Below, in pieces: positions 1-14,623 of a DNA stretch of 64,000 bases (the stretch's first letter is position 1; each line of letters opens with the position of its first letter). The translations under genes and the position numbers were made by a program. The notes under the pieces were generated by a model, which saw nothing but the letters and a program-made list of their open reading frames with translations, did no database searches and was not told where the DNA came from. Origin of the DNA: Tubulanus polymorphus (lineage: Eukaryota > Animalia > Nemertea). The DNA is taken from the NCBI RefSeq assembly GCF_964204645.1, contig NC_134033.1, positions 11,974,655 through 12,038,654 on the forward strand, read 5' to 3'.

Positions 1-522
1 CCTTCAATGGGGCTGTATTGACCAGGTATGATCTGGTGAACAAAGCATTGAACACCCAACATCAGATGATAATACATGGTATTCTATCAAAATGATGAAA
101 TAGGACCGATCTTTGTCAAGACGTAGATTTGGTAGACGAGGAAAGTGTAGAAAGCATCGCGTCATCCGAATATCTTCCGTGATATTCGCTAAAAGCTGTA
201 GCGGTTTCTAAAAAGTATGAAGAATTCTGTCCAGTAACTCGAGTATAAAATGACAGTAACTGGAAAAAGCCATATCCTACTGTTTACTGTTTACTGTTTT
301 CTCAAAAGAAACAAGAGTTAATCTCCCACGTTTATCAGAGGCATACTTGGAAAAATGCAGTTTTATGATGCTGACTGCATGATCAAAACCATCAAATGTG
401 TTTTTTTTGCATGATGATGTTGATTCAGGTATGAAGAAACACGATACATCAAAATACAACAGGGACGTTTCCAGATACCAGGTCACGTATAGGAGTGGTC
501 AAAGTGAACTGCGTACTGCGTG

Positions 523-1200
523 GTTAAGTGGTAAATGAGTTTGAGTCTGGGATACTAGGTCAGGCATATGGATGGTGCTGGTGTGTGGTTTGAAGACACG
601 TGGTGTATGGTATAGTTAAGCGGTAAATGAGTTTGAATCTGGGATGCTGTAGTTAAGTGGTAAATGAGTTTGAATCTGGGATACCAGGTCAGGCATATGG
701 ATGGTGCTGGTGCGTGGTTTGAAGATAAGTGGTGTATGGTAGAGTTAAGCGGTAAATGAGTTTGAATCTGGGATGCTGTAGTTAAGTAGTAAATGAGTTT
801 GAATCTTGGATACCAGGTCAGGCATATGGATGGTGCTGGTGTGTGGCTTGAAGACAAGTGGTGTATGGTATAGTTAAGTGGTAAATGAGTTTGAATCTGG
901 GATGCTGTAGTGATGTGGTAAATGAGTTTGAATCTGGAATACAAGGTCAGGCATATGGATGGTGCTGGTGTGTGGTTTGAAGACAAGTGATGTATGGTAG
1001 AGTTAAGTGGTAAATGAGTTTGAATCTGGGATGCTGTAGTTAAGTGGTAAATGAGTTTGAATCTGGGATACCAGGTCAGGCATATGGATGGTGCTGGTGT
1101 GTGGTTTGAAGACAAGTGGTGTATGGTATAGTTAAGTGGTAAATGAGTTTGAATCTGGGATACCAGGTCATGCATATGGATGGTGCTGATGAGTGGTTTG
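523..1200. repeat. 129-bp composite minisatellite (92+37-bp subunits), about 5 copies
   Basis: gttaag(t/c)ggtaaatgagtttgaatctgggat recurs at 523, 615, 652, 744, 781 and onward. It explains the 43-aa repeat ORF. Confidence 0.95.
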
Positions 1201-2894
1201 AGTGTTTGACTGTGGTATGTAAGTTGTATGGACGAGTAGTGAATGTGAGTGGGGATATCAGGTCGTGTAGAAATGGCATTGATGAGTGGTTTGAATGCTT
1301 CGCTCTGGAATATCAGGTAGATGTGTAGGATTGGTATGGGCGAGTGATAACCGTTTGAAACCGAGACGCCAAGTCATGGAGGAGTAATATAGATGCTACC
1401 GGGTAAGACTTATCCATATTATCATTCTCCGACCTGAGGCAAATAGGTAAACAAAAGACGACCCTTGAGATCGTGATCATCGTAGCTCTGATGTTACTTC
1501 CCCCCATGGTGAGATTATTGATTGATACACAGTCAGATATATAGTGAGATGCAAAACGATTTAGACGAAAACTCAAAAAACAAAAAAAAACGTTAAATCG
1601 TAATCCATTTGAACGCACCGAAACAAGTCTCTTTAATAGTATGATGGATAGGCAACTGAAATGAGCTTAGACTAGTCTTAAATCAGCTGCCAGACGTAAT
1701 AGCTAACTAACCTCTTGTATATGCCGTCAGTTGAGACTCTTACACTGACAAAAACCTGATTAGATGAGAAAATATACAACGCCAGCAGTCGACGACGGCT
1801 GAGACCAATTGTAAATAAGTAACCGATAATGACTGGCATTAAACATTGAATAATGTGATACACCTGACATCTCTGACAGCCGTGTATAGCTGCAGTGTGT
1901 ACGGGTTTGAACTATTGTTAAATCCCGTTATAATGCCATTGTTGACAACACGAACATGACAAAATCTTAAAAAATTGGCGTCGTAAAGAATGGCATTTTC
2001 ATTGAATTGGAGTTAGATATGCCGTATTTGTTTTGAGATAAATGTTGACGATAAGTGAAATGGATGACAGAATTTGTAACAGAATTAGCATATCCCAATG
2101 AAAAAATAGCATTCTTGCGATGCACCGGTGGTTGAATGCAACCTAGTTTCGAGGAACTGGCTTCGAAGTACGGCATAGTTGCACGAATGGCTCTAATCTG
2201 AAATATTCATCAATTAAAGGATTTTACGGCCTATTTGAGGCACTTAAACTAGAGATTAAAACGGCAGATACTCTAAAAGACAATGAATAACATGAATAAT
2301 AGATATACATGTCAGGGCATGGGGAGTGATAGATGAGGGAGGGAGAAAAAGAGAAGGAACTAGGCCTAGTTAACTCGTATCGATAAACACATTCTCGCAA
2401 GCGTTTCGCTTCAATTTCAATCTCATAAACGATAAACTAATTTTCATTGTAAAGATGTACTTCGCTTTGAAACAGATCGATCTATTTCGCGATTAATCTC
2501 GTATTTGTCGGTCGCCCAAACGAGACTTTCACTTTATTTCGGTCAATTAGCGAGATGAAACCGACGAAATATCGACTCACAGCGCTATTTACTGATTGGC
2601 TTCGAAGCCACTCGAGAAAACTTCGCACGGCGAAATGATCAAATTATACCGAAATAATTTCAATCTGATGAAAGGATGGGGGGGGGGGGTTAGCTTCCCG
2701 CCGCCTATAACGAGCCGCCGCACTGTGCGCTGCTCAATGTTTGCATACATAACTGTAAATACCAATTACACAGTGGTCGAAAAATCCTCATATCTCTCAG
2801 AGGCGATATTCATAGCTGTGGAAAGTGTTGTTAACACAGTTTGTAGCAGTTCTAGAATATGAAATAAAATGTTCAAACTGATCAGACATCAATA

Positions 2895-3440
2895 GGGTAA
2901 GACGTGGGTTATAATGTTCTGTAGTATGACTCTCAGATAGGGGTAAGACTCTTAGTATAACTCTCAGCAGAGGTTTGACTCTCAGTAAAACAGTGTTAAT
3001 AAGGCCAGGAGTAAGACTTTTAGCAGGGTTGAGACTGTCAGGAAAACGGGGATATGACTTTCAATAAAACATGAAGGGAGTAAGACACGCAGTAAAACCT
3101 GATGTGATAAGACTCCCAGTTGAACATCAAAGGGGCAGGACATGCAGAAAACATGATAGGGGTAAGACACTCCAGGGTAAGACATTCCAGGGTAAGACTC
3201 AGTTTAACATCAAGTAGGTAAGACAGGAAAACATGAAATAGTAAAACACTCTGGGTACGACTCTGGGAACAACTCTGGGAAAGATACGCTGAAGAAACAT
3301 CCAGGGAGTAAGACTCTGAGGGGTAAGACACTCAGTTAAACAGCAAAGGGTAAGGCTGAAGGGTAAGACCCTTGGTAAAACAGCAAGGGAGTAAGTCTGA
3401 AGGATAACTCTTTTTTGAATATCAAGGGGATAAGACATTC
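2895..3440. repeat. Degenerate GGGTAAGAC(A/T)C repeat tract
   Basis: The motif recurs many times with irregular spacing. Confidence 0.8.
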
Positions 3441-6400
3441 AGAAACACCAGATCCTGTTTTTTAAGTTGTCAGAAGTCAGTTCGGTCCTATCAAACCATC
3501 CACGGAAAAATGAATGTAAAACTAAAGACAGGTTCGTTAATGCTGAGTATACTGCGGAGAGATTCTTAACACGGATAACCGTACCTACTTACAGATAAAC
3601 CTCACGTCAACCGCACATTGTAAGAATTCTTCTCACGCGAGACCTAAATAATATCAAACCCGATGTGGACACTCAGCGGTCAAACGCAGTCCCCATGAAT
3701 CGGCACACTCTATCCTTCCAACTCAATTAGATTAACGCGCACATTAACAACTACATTTAGAAGTTGTATTAATATTACTATTTCCATTAACACTATCTAA
3801 AACTTATAAACAGCAACACCTTATTGCTCAAGGCTCTAAGGTGCTTTACATAATATAAAAAAAACATAATTATACTGAAAAACAACTTTGAAACCAACAA
3901 GCTACATTACTTTTGTAACTAAGATTCCATTTTTGGTGTATCTCAAATTCATGGCATTTGAGCTTTTTCAAGATTACAAATTGAAACAAGAAACATTTGT
4001 GCACTTTTTCCGATATGATATAGACTAAGCTAAATCCATTTCATCGAAACGTCGTATTCTAAAATTCATACCTTTCATTTCGAAACGGTTATATGATAAA
4101 ATCCATTAGCGGGATTTAATCCATGAGAGAGAGAGATCACGATTGAAACGTTTCACACTTAGTTCGCGTCGACGGAGAGGCTGTCAGACGTAGCCATCGA
4201 TATTGTGAGAGAGATGGAGTGAGAATGAGAGAGACACCGCTGGGTGAATGAGAACACCGCCGGTGACCACATACAGTCGACACTCCGATGTTCTACGTCT
4301 CGTACGCATGTAACGCTACTCCTGATCTATATCAACAGTCGCCGAAGATGTTCGAACGCAGCGAGACACCGAATCAAATAGTAATTTTTCTCGCGTTCGC
4401 TCCGAGAGAAGAAATCGCTACAACACCGCGGCCAGATACAACGACCCGACAGTCTACACGTACGACTAGAATTTTGTCATTTCTAGATGGGGAGGGATTC
4501 GCTGTCATCCGATAAACATCGACGCGAGAGCGCGCGAGGATAGCGAGAGAGAGAGACAAATCACGTATCAATTCCGCTGTCTTCTTCGACATTCGTATGG
4601 TAATAAATACGATTCTGATAGGAAATCTATCTGTTTCTTACCGAGCAGGAACACGACGAAAAACACCGAGGCAGAGTTTAAAACAGCGTTACACTCTTCA
4701 CACACAGCTATAGCTAATAACTCTTGAGTTCAATATAGGGACAATAATGCATTGGAACCGCATTTCAAGTGTCTTTATATTTACACAAAATTACTGTAGA
4801 GACTAGATCGTTTTTTTACAACCATTTCAAGTGACGAGCAGATATCGTAGACCATTCTAAAATTGTTAGGTGTTAACGTGAACTGAAGGCCTAGAACTCA
4901 GGGTGGACTCGTCTAATCAACCAATTTAGAATTTTATCAACCCTTAGAGCGGGTGTCTCAAGAGTTTGTCTCAGAATAAGCTATATCAACCTTTGTGCCA
5001 AATGCTAACTGCCTGTGAATAACTGATATAGGGATGATGGTTCTATGGTCAACTTAAGAGACTGTCGGGTTATAGTTGAGACTGGTGTGACGTGTCTATA
5101 TAACACCCACCCAAGGCAATTTCAGACTTGATCTCTACACGGCCGTGGAATCAGTAGCGTGTAGATTCTACTAATACCCGGTAATTCTCCGGGGCACATC
5201 ACACCGACGACGACGAGGAGAGGGAGGATGTGAGGGAGGAGCACCCGCTCGTGTTTCACAGCGGAGGTAATAAATACACACGACATATAGGAGGCTGTCA
5301 CCGTGCGACAGTACGACGACGCAGACGCAGAGCCACTGCTTAATCTGTAACAAGTTCAAGTGTATTTGAATGAATTCTAATGAAACAGGCCTCGGGGACA
5401 CTTACACGCTGGTCTCGACAACTCATAAATAGGTTATACGAAGAGATATACAAAAAAGAATCATTTCTATCACATAGAAAATGGTACCCGGATACTGAAC
5501 AAAGGTTGAATATGACATTGTTACACTGCTGTACGCCAAATACATGAATCCCCAAGAAAACCGGACACAAACAGCAACCAAAAAAAATACATTTCCAAAA
5601 GAAAACCTGTCTTAATGCGTTGTTTAATGTTCCGCAGCTTCGGCCGTACTAGAAAACTAAAAAGCATTGAAGGGCAAAATAAACAAAAAATTTTATTTTT
5701 GTTCCGCATTTTTGTACATCAGTTATGCAACTGCCTCGTTTTTTATGACAATAAATCAGTTGGGAAAATGGGTCGTAGCAATTGAGTTTAAGCGTTAAGG
5801 GAGATAACTATCAAACTGTATGCAGTGGTCAAACTGCCCCCGGAACAGACATGAGTCATATTTAGCCAGTGCCACATAAACCACCGACTTGTTTCTGAGA
5901 TGCTATCTCAATGACGCTGTTGCAACCGAGACGAGTCACTTCCACAACCAGTAAGCAGTCACACGCAATAATTTGACCCCCGCATAAAATTTGGCCAATC
6001 AGGCACTGACCCATTTAGCACCAGCATGAACCACCATTGGCCTGTTCCCGGCATGCGTAATGTGGGTCACTTCTGCAACCAGTGACCCGAGCTTAATTTT
6101 TCAAAACAGGTACTGACCCACTTAGCTCCGGTATGAATAACTGGCCCCAGCAAATGATTGCGCCAGATTTGCAACGGGTAAAAAATCGTCTCGCGTACCC
6201 GTAATCACGACTTCAGATTCAATTCTCGTATTCAATAGAAGAAATAGCAGTTCAGTACACCTGATCGAATTTAACAGAATTTCTATTCGGAGAACGAACG
6301 AACTAATCACATTTGCGATATCTCTGCGCATGAAAATGGCTTCGTCGACAACGATGACGTCGACGGTCGACGTCGTGTTGACATTTAGAAAGACGTCCTC

Positions 6401-7821
6401 CGTACTGATAAACAAGTCATTCACTCAATAAAAGCGTAATGTAGGCAGCCCGTGCTGGTAGATCGGTAGCAACGATAGCGACAACCTTCAAATGTAGACC
6501 ACGGTTTCATTCGCCAGAATACGACGTAAACATCGCCCAACTAAACCAGGTCACGTCCAATGGTGTCATTAGACCGTATACTGTCCCGATGACAAAGGCG
6601 CAGATCCCCGGTTCAAGCCAGACACAGGCCTGCGCCCAGAGAGGTGTGTTAAGTATGAACACACAACCCCGCAAGATCAAGAGTTCCGTCATGTTTAATG
6701 AAAGGGCTTAATTAGATTGCATTAATGTTTCAGTGACTTAGTTATACAAAATATTCACTAATATTGGAACATTGGTCCATGTAGTTCATTGTCCTCTATT
6801 TTATTTGTCTATATACATGTACATGTACATGTATAATGCACATACACATACACATAAGATGATAGCCGACTGTGTTGCCAATTATAATCAAACGTTAAAC
6901 TATCCGGGAACAAGACCGACAGTCATTTATGCATGACCGACGTATGCGGACGCCATTTCTGATCAATAACGCCATAAAACTGCACGACCCGCAAGCAGAA
7001 GACGATGCGAGCAGAGAGAATAGCAAAGTGGCGAAGGTTTCGTTTTCTCAATTACGGTCTACGAGTCAGGTGATTATCACGTCGATCGATACGTTCAACG
7101 GCGTTTACAGATAATTGCACGGTACAACGAAACAGCAACATTCAAAAAAACACTCCCCCCTACTACAGATCGCCGCAGTCAATCTTATACACCGTAAAAA
7201 AGCTAATCAAAGATGATCAGTTTGTGACTAAAAATTAGTCATCATGTGGAGTAGTACGGAGTCATGATTTAAGTCTAAAAGTGGTCTTAATAAGCTTGGT
7301 TATAGACCCAAGATGGTCTTAGTCTTAAATCTAAGCCATAACTGAATACCTCGACCGCATAAACGCAGCAAATCTAGGATCTAGCAAGGATCTTCGCTGA
7401 GTTTGATGAGCTAGGTGGCGCACTAGGTCCATTCAGACAGACAGACACATACACACACGCACATGTACAGACAGAATAAGGGTCTCATGGAAGCCTCATA
7501 ACCAAAAATTTTGACTAGTGTTAAATTGAACAGACTGGTGGTTTGAAATTAAGGAATTTTTTGCCAATTTCTGAAATGATATCTATGGTGGTTGGGTGTG
7601 CATTCATCTCAGTCATGTTTATCGCAGTTACGTTTATAAGTATACCACGTTCATCTTCAATGAGAAATGCATAAATAGATCGCATCTACATTTGACATCA
7701 TCTGGGTCGTTGACGGGGTCGGTAACCGAGTGATAACAATGATCATTACACATCGTTGTAATCGTGAGAAATGCGCATCACAGCAACACATGAATATCAT
7801 CGGATTTATGACAACGACGGA

Positions 7822-8270
7822 CAGATGAAGAGGGAAAGAGAGCTTGCGAGGGAGAGAAAGAGAGGGGAAACGGGAAAAGAAGAGGAGAGCGCAGACGGAG
7901 ACAGGAGAAGAGAATGAGAGGGAATGAGAGGACTGGATATATGGACAGAGAAAAGAGAGGGAGGAAGGAAGGAGGGAGGACAGCAAGAGGGTGAGCGATT
8001 ATGTGAAATGAGAAAGGGTAGTTAAGGAGAGAGGAGGGAGTTAGCAGTGAAAAGAGAGGGATAAATAGAGAGTGAGAAAGCAAAAGGGCCTAGAGAGGAG
8101 AGATTGAGTGAGAAGAGAGTGCAAGTGAAGTCATAAAGATGGCAAAAAGAGAGAGAATGAGGGAGATGAAGAGGAGGTAGTGAGGAAGAAAGAGGGAAAG
8201 ATAATTGCGGGAGATACGGGGATGTGTGAAGTGACGAGAAGGGAGAGGGAGACAATGAGAGGGAGATGAA
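7822..8270. repeat. Purine-rich (GA) low-complexity tract
   Basis: Strong G/A bias on the + strand. Confidence 0.85.
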
Positions 8271-9247
8271 TGAATTGATAACTGTGATTTTAACTGAGTG
8301 AATTGATAACTATGATCATCATCACGCCGAGAAGAAAAGACGAACCATCACCAGCAGCGGATAGAGGGAAGATCTATATCGACAGCCAGATCAATGTCAG
8401 AAACAGAACAGAATGAAGTACCATATATAACACGCTCGTACTTGTGGCTTGTTTAGGAATCACTACCATTTATTCATCAATTAACTCGTGAATTAGAGCC
8501 CATATTCATCCTATCCTTTGAATAGTCTTTCCTAGTTCAAGTCAAAGTTGTAGTTAAGATCTTGGAAGTTGCAGTGTATATTTGTCCCCTAGTCCTTGTT
8601 GAGGCACTATTAAGAAATATCGCCCAGCAAGTAGAAAGTGCTCTCCTTCTAAAATGCACCATTACTTTCTCAGTCTGTCCTAGTCCATCCAAGTTCAAGT
8701 TCAATATGTAGCCTTACAATTAAGAAAGTCTTGTATTGTAAAAGTAGGAATTCAAGATGTTTCTTGTCCTTAGTGTAAAATAAATGCATTTCAGCACTTC
8801 CTTTGTACCCTAGATCTAGTTCAAGTTCAAGTTCTTCAGTACAAAATGGATTGCCAAACATTTTATGGAGATATTCCAGAGAAATTCAAAATTCTTCGAA
8901 GTCAACACTAACCCAGGAGTATATATTCAGAAACTCACCATCAAAATCATCTCCATAACACTTTTTACCGTAGCTTTTCCTTTCTTACTAACATATAAAG
9001 AGTCTTCTAATTAGAAAGCCACAAAAATGAAGAGCATATCTTTGCATTCATACATTATATCCCTTGGTTGAAATATTTACATCTTTGTCTCTAATTATCT
9101 ACTTTAATAATAATAATTTAATGATAAGTTATTTTTCATTTAACAAGTACAAGATAGTATAACGACAATAGTGAAGAAAAATAACAGTTAAATGAAGGAA
9201 GCAGTGAAAGCCTAGAGGCTGTACAAGTCTCTGCACCTGAAAAACAT

Positions 9248-9263
9248 TATAATAATTATAGAA

Positions 9264-9299
<36 letters not shown>

Positions 9300-9316
9300 G
9301 TAATAATAATAATAAT

Positions 9317-9395
<79 letters not shown>

Positions 9396-9480
9396 TTAAT
9401 AATAATAATAATAATAATAACAGTAATAATAATAATAAAAATACAAAATAATAAAAATACAAAATAAATAATAATACATA
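9248..9480. repeat. (AAT)n microsatellite
   Basis: Seen directly. Confidence 0.98.
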
Positions 9481-11019
9481 ATATTATGCTGATTATAATT
9501 GTTTAACAAATGATTGTAATTATTTAACAAATCATGGAATTAGTTACAATAATATAACATATGATAATGATGGGACTCATCCATAATAATATAAATAAAT
9601 TGAAAATAACAATCATAATGAGAATGATAATAGTAATAGTAACATCGTAATGCGAATGATAAGTAGTAATAGATGTTATACAAAATAGTAACACATGGTA
9701 ATGTCAATATAATGATATATTGACAATCATGATAATATATTGACAATTGTTTAACAAAGTATAAAATTTCCTATCACACAACCCAATGAGGCAGGACCCA
9801 GTTGTGAGAAACATAGTTTTGGATGTTTGCGAGATCGAACATGTTTCCCTGCATCATCATGCGTATTGGGCTTAAACACGGACACCTCGGTTGTCAATCC
9901 AAAAATCTGATTCTAAATTCTTAGCTCAACCATGAAATAATTGACATTATAACCGTCAACCAGGGGTGTCTTCAGGTACGTGTGTATCTAATTAAGAGTG
10001 TTAATAATTGAACATGTCGTGTACACCAGTATAGCCAGAAGCAACTACAGTAGTGATAGAAGAGCTGTCTACACCAACACCTTCACAATATCAAATAATA
10101 ACTCAGTGGCGGATCTACTTTTTCCTTGAAAAAATCATCCGGCCTATTTCATTCGGTGCATGTGAATTTGGTGCTTTTATGGATAATGTTGGATTGATAT
10201 TTTTGGTTGATTATTTAACCTACTTTGGAGTAAGTGAGCTCTGATGGATTCCTACATTGAAACATGTGGTACCTGAAAGTTCGCTCCTAGCATCAACATT
10301 TTGAGCAACTGGGTCATTGTGGTGAATTGTACCTCCAATTTTACCCAACCTCTATTGTTCAAGTAAAAACATTTGAGTTTAAAGCCCCAAGAAGTTAGCT
10401 TGAACTAAATTTTGACTGCCACAGAAAAAACCCCTGTCCTAGAAGACATCCTTCCTTAGCAGGTATTTGATGAAATGATGGGATTCACATTACCAACCCA
10501 TGCCCTTAGACACATCCCTAAACCCTAACCATCAAGAGCCTAACCCTCAAAAGTGGTAAACTTTTAAAGTAAATTTTGACTGCCACAGTACAAACCTAGA
10601 CACATCCCAAGAGCTTCAGGTGGTTGAATTTTGAGCAACTGGCCCCTGATAGAGCAACTCGACCCAACCAAAATTGGTATATCCGTATCTACTATGCTGT
10701 TTACTCATGCAACGCGAGATCTCAAATAGGAAGATGAATATATCGAGCGATTTGATTTGCTTCACTGTTTCTGGATGAAGATCTAATTAAACGCTACGAG
10801 ATGTTACGAGACTCTGTCGGTTGTAAACTAATTTACACTGATTGTAACTATAACGGAGCGCCGCGTCTCCTGCGCGGTCGGTGATCGCCAGACGCATGTG
10901 CTACCACACATTAATCGACTGTTTCAATCAATTCGATATCAAATATTAACTCGATCTTCGTCGCTGATTGGATCGTTCAAACTATAGCAATATGAATGAT
11001 TCATCTATTCTATTGAATC

Positions 11020-11270
11020 TCCTCTATCTCTGTCTCTCTCATTTCTATCTCTCCTCATTCTCCTCTCTCCCTTTTCTTTTCTCTCTTCTCTGTCTCTCTA
11101 CTTCTCTCTCTGACTATCTCTCCTCTGTCCTCAGTGTCCCTCTCACTTCTATCTCTCCATCTTGTCTCTCTCCTCTGTCTCTCCCTCCCTTGTCTCTCCC
11201 TGTTTTCTCTCTCTCTCCTCTCACTCTCTCCCTCTCTGTCTCTCTTCTCACTGTTTCCCACTGTCGAGAA
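11020..11270. repeat. (CT)-rich low-complexity tract
   Basis: Seen directly. Confidence 0.9.
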
Positions 11271-11392
11271 CAACAATTCTCCCGACGCAATTCAATGATT
11301 TATTAAGCAATAGTGTCTGCGATGGGAAACGACATTTCAAATGAACATTATTTCTAAATGAGAATTTTTCTTACGGACAACTATTTCCAAAG

Positions 11393-11434
11393 TATTCCTG
11401 AAGATGACTATTAGGATATATTCGAAACGTCGAA
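11393..11434 (+). ncRNA. Minimal hammerhead ribozyme motif, second family
   Basis: UUC-CUGAAGA-U-GACUAU-uaggau-AUAUUC-GAAAC-GUC-GAA. Core intact; one mismatch in stem II. Confidence 0.65.
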
Positions 11435-14400
11435 AGAAATACTAGCAATAACTTTCCTAGGAAACTTTTTTCTAACGTATTGTGGCATTTATCTTATATA
11501 TGATTGTTACGACATGTACAGAATCTTTCATCACATTAACTACTGCAGTGCCTTTCATATCCACTAGTACAATAAATAGGAAATAAGTATCATTTATCCA
11601 ATTCCCACTTGCCTAAGACTCCAAGGCATCAGCAATTATTCCAACATTATCACGACTACAAACTAAACTTGTTTAAAAAAAACATTTTTGATGACTTTTT
11701 CACAAAAACTTTTTTTGTCCATGACTACCAGACTTCACGAGACTGTTAAATGAACTCGAATTACATCTTAACACTATTTTGTCATCAACTCATCATAAAC
11801 TATTTCATGAACAACTTTATAATGTCACTTTCGATGACTTCAACACCAATATGACTAATAAGTGACTAATAAATGATTTTGATGACTTTGAGGATTTTTA
11901 CCGAATTCGAGGAAAACAAATCAATTAACCGTGAAACATGTAATTCAATAACCCGTTCATAATTATATGTTTCGATGTTTATCGATAAACCGATAAAATG
12001 AAGAATGTCATCGGCTGAAAAAGTATAGCAGACAGCACGGTCCTACAACGAGAACAGTCCATCACCCAGAGTAGAGTGTCTCCTAAATGGGAAGCCAAAT
12101 ATTACGAGTGCTCTTATGAAGCTGCTGCGGTCGCATCACGAGTCTCAACGCATAAACCTCTTCATTTAACCAGTGGTCCAGTTTCACGCAAAAAAAAACA
12201 ACGAATCAAGAACAGATGCAGGAAAAGGGGGTCAAAAAGTGCGAAAGCCGAAGATTAGAAGCTTTGTAAATGAAATGATGAAACATAAGAAAACAGACAG
12301 GATAGACTCCTAACAGACATACAGTAGACTCCTAACTCCTAAAAGACTTCTTACAGACAGACAGACAGTAGACTCCTAACTAAAATCAATTAGGACCAGT
12401 GATTTTGTTTGGGTAATGCGATAATTTGAGTTACACAATGGATTTGAATTGACATTCTGTTGCTATGGTTCTAAGATTAGTAGTTCGAGTTCAAAGATAA
12501 TTCGACTTCCCTAAATTCAGCAACCACAAGACGCAAATGCCAAAATCCCCCCCCCCCCCCCCGATTTTTTTACTCTCTTAGTTTTCCAGGTTTTCCTGAA
12601 TTGGTAATTTATGACCAGTAGTGAGCGATGTGTGAGATTCCCTTAGGTAACAAGCGGACATACAGTACAGTAATATCAACGCCAGTGCGGGAAGGTGACA
12701 AGTGGCATTAATTTCTAGTCGATATTCTGACGCCGCCGATGAACGGCATTAATTTCTAGTCGATATCGAAACCACCGACGCTTAGCAATAAGATTATGTT
12801 AGCGTTTCCGCAACGTGTCATATTTGATTAAGCTCTTCAACGCGTGCCCTGCTGTGCTGAACGTTTAGCATCGTTCAGCGCCTTGTTCCTTACGCTAATT
12901 TTGAAACTGTTGAAAAATTGACGCCTTGAAAAATAACACATATATTGCTTAACCGATAATAAATGATACGATATAAATGAAATATAGCTATACATGATCA
13001 ATAAAGTTACTTTTGATTTATCAATAATTGAATTGAATTGACCGATATATTGATGATATCCTCTCGCAAATAATTACATGTGTTGAAATTTATCAAATGC
13101 AAGTTATGAAATATATATCTACACTACAATTCACAATTCTAATTGTTGTTATTTTGATACGCCTGTATTGATGACATCGTGCCCATTGACTCACACAGAA
13201 CCCCCTTACATAACTCATACTAGGTATCAATGTATATTATCATTTTTACGGTGAAAACACGTAAAAACATGTAAAATCACCGTAAAAACACGGTTTTTAC
13301 GGTGTCAAAAAAACATTCCGAACGTTAGCAATATAAAGCAATGATGTGGCATTTATATTAGTCAAGCAAGGGTAGATTCGCTGACCAGAGGAGAAATCAG
13401 TTGTGGAAACCAGTGACTTCAGTCTGGAAGTAGTCTTAAAATCATAATAAAATCATAAAACTGTTCTTAGGTTTTTAGATTGACTACAGAACCAAGACAA
13501 TCTTAGACTGGTCTTAAATCTAATTCCTAGCGGGGTCATCCTTACTAGAAAATACTGAAAACTGTCTCGAGGGATGCATCCTAAATGGATTTGAGAAAGA
13601 ACACATAATCAAACTTTCTTTTTTTCGAAAAAGGGCCCGACTTAGACTGAGATAAGATACTTTTTTCACTTCGTCGACAAGTAGAAGTAACCAAAAAGCA
13701 CTGCACTAGGAGACTTTATTCTCAGAAGACCCTCGACAAATTTCCCCGATCTACATAATCCCAATCTTCAGATCTACATATTTACAAGTGCATTCGTGTC
13801 TCGCATTAAAACTAGAATTCGTATGAACAACATTGGAGACATCTACTGGCTGAACAGGACATTAATTAACATTCGTACTCGTAAGAAAAATATACATTAT
13901 CTATCACAATGAAATCAACCCCTCTCCCCACGAGACATTAACTCCTTCACTGAAATTGAACCTTATGGCACCCCTCAGCGGGGATTTGAGCCAGATAATA
14001 CCATGAGACTCTGCCACAGTACAAACCCCTGTCCAGTAGACACATCGACCCTCAGCAAGGGCATGATGACATTGTGAGGCTCCATCACAGTACAAGCCAC
14101 TACCCTAGCAGCACCATCATTCTACTGATTAGAACCTGATGACATCACGAAATACTGATATAGCACAAAGCCATATTACAGTAGACAACCTTTATTAATC
14201 GTCCGTCAACCTGCTGAGCACAACTCTGGGCAATAAGCAGGTTCGAGGTTTCTTCATTCCAATTAAGGGGAAAGAAGTCAAATAAGATCTTTCGACAAAG
14301 AGAAACTTTGGCGTCAGTAAAAGTAAATCAACTACCATCGAAAACTGAACCAAAACTGAAATAACAAATATACCTAATTGGCAAAATCCACAGTTGACGA

Positions 14401-14514
14401 CTTGATAATTCATCAATCAGAAAGTTTCAGAGTTTATCTAAACTCCATAATCAGACTGTGGGTTTTGCTAATCAACTCTGAACACTGAGCAACAAAAGTC
14501 AACAATAAACGTAC

Positions 14515-14623
14515 CTGCTGAGGTGATGTCGTCGTCGGTGAATTCTCCCATTTCCGAATTCATGCTAGGATCGCTATAAAAACTGTTCCATTTACTGCTG
14601 GACACCGCTGCTAATACGGCTCC
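14515..14623 (-). CDS. CASK: CASK coding exon equivalent to human exon 10 (109 nt): GAVLAAVSSSKWNSFYSDPSMNSEMGEFTDDDITSA
   Basis: Acceptor ttctag|GGA, donor G|gtacg. GAVLAAVSS matches CASK. Last CASK exon found in the window. Confidence 0.95.

Noticed and set aside
555-1175. 206-aa repeat ORF
   Set aside because: Translation of the 129-bp minisatellite.
8939-9006. Exon-like segment with ctaattag acceptor and ATG|gtgagt donor
   Set aside because: 68 nt is not frame-preserving, and the peptide has no similarity to the expected L27 exon.
1-14514. Next CASK exon (L27 domain, AVSxxLDSL-type)
   Set aside because: Searched by eye on the minus strand and not found. It probably lies before position 1, although a diverged exon could have been missed.
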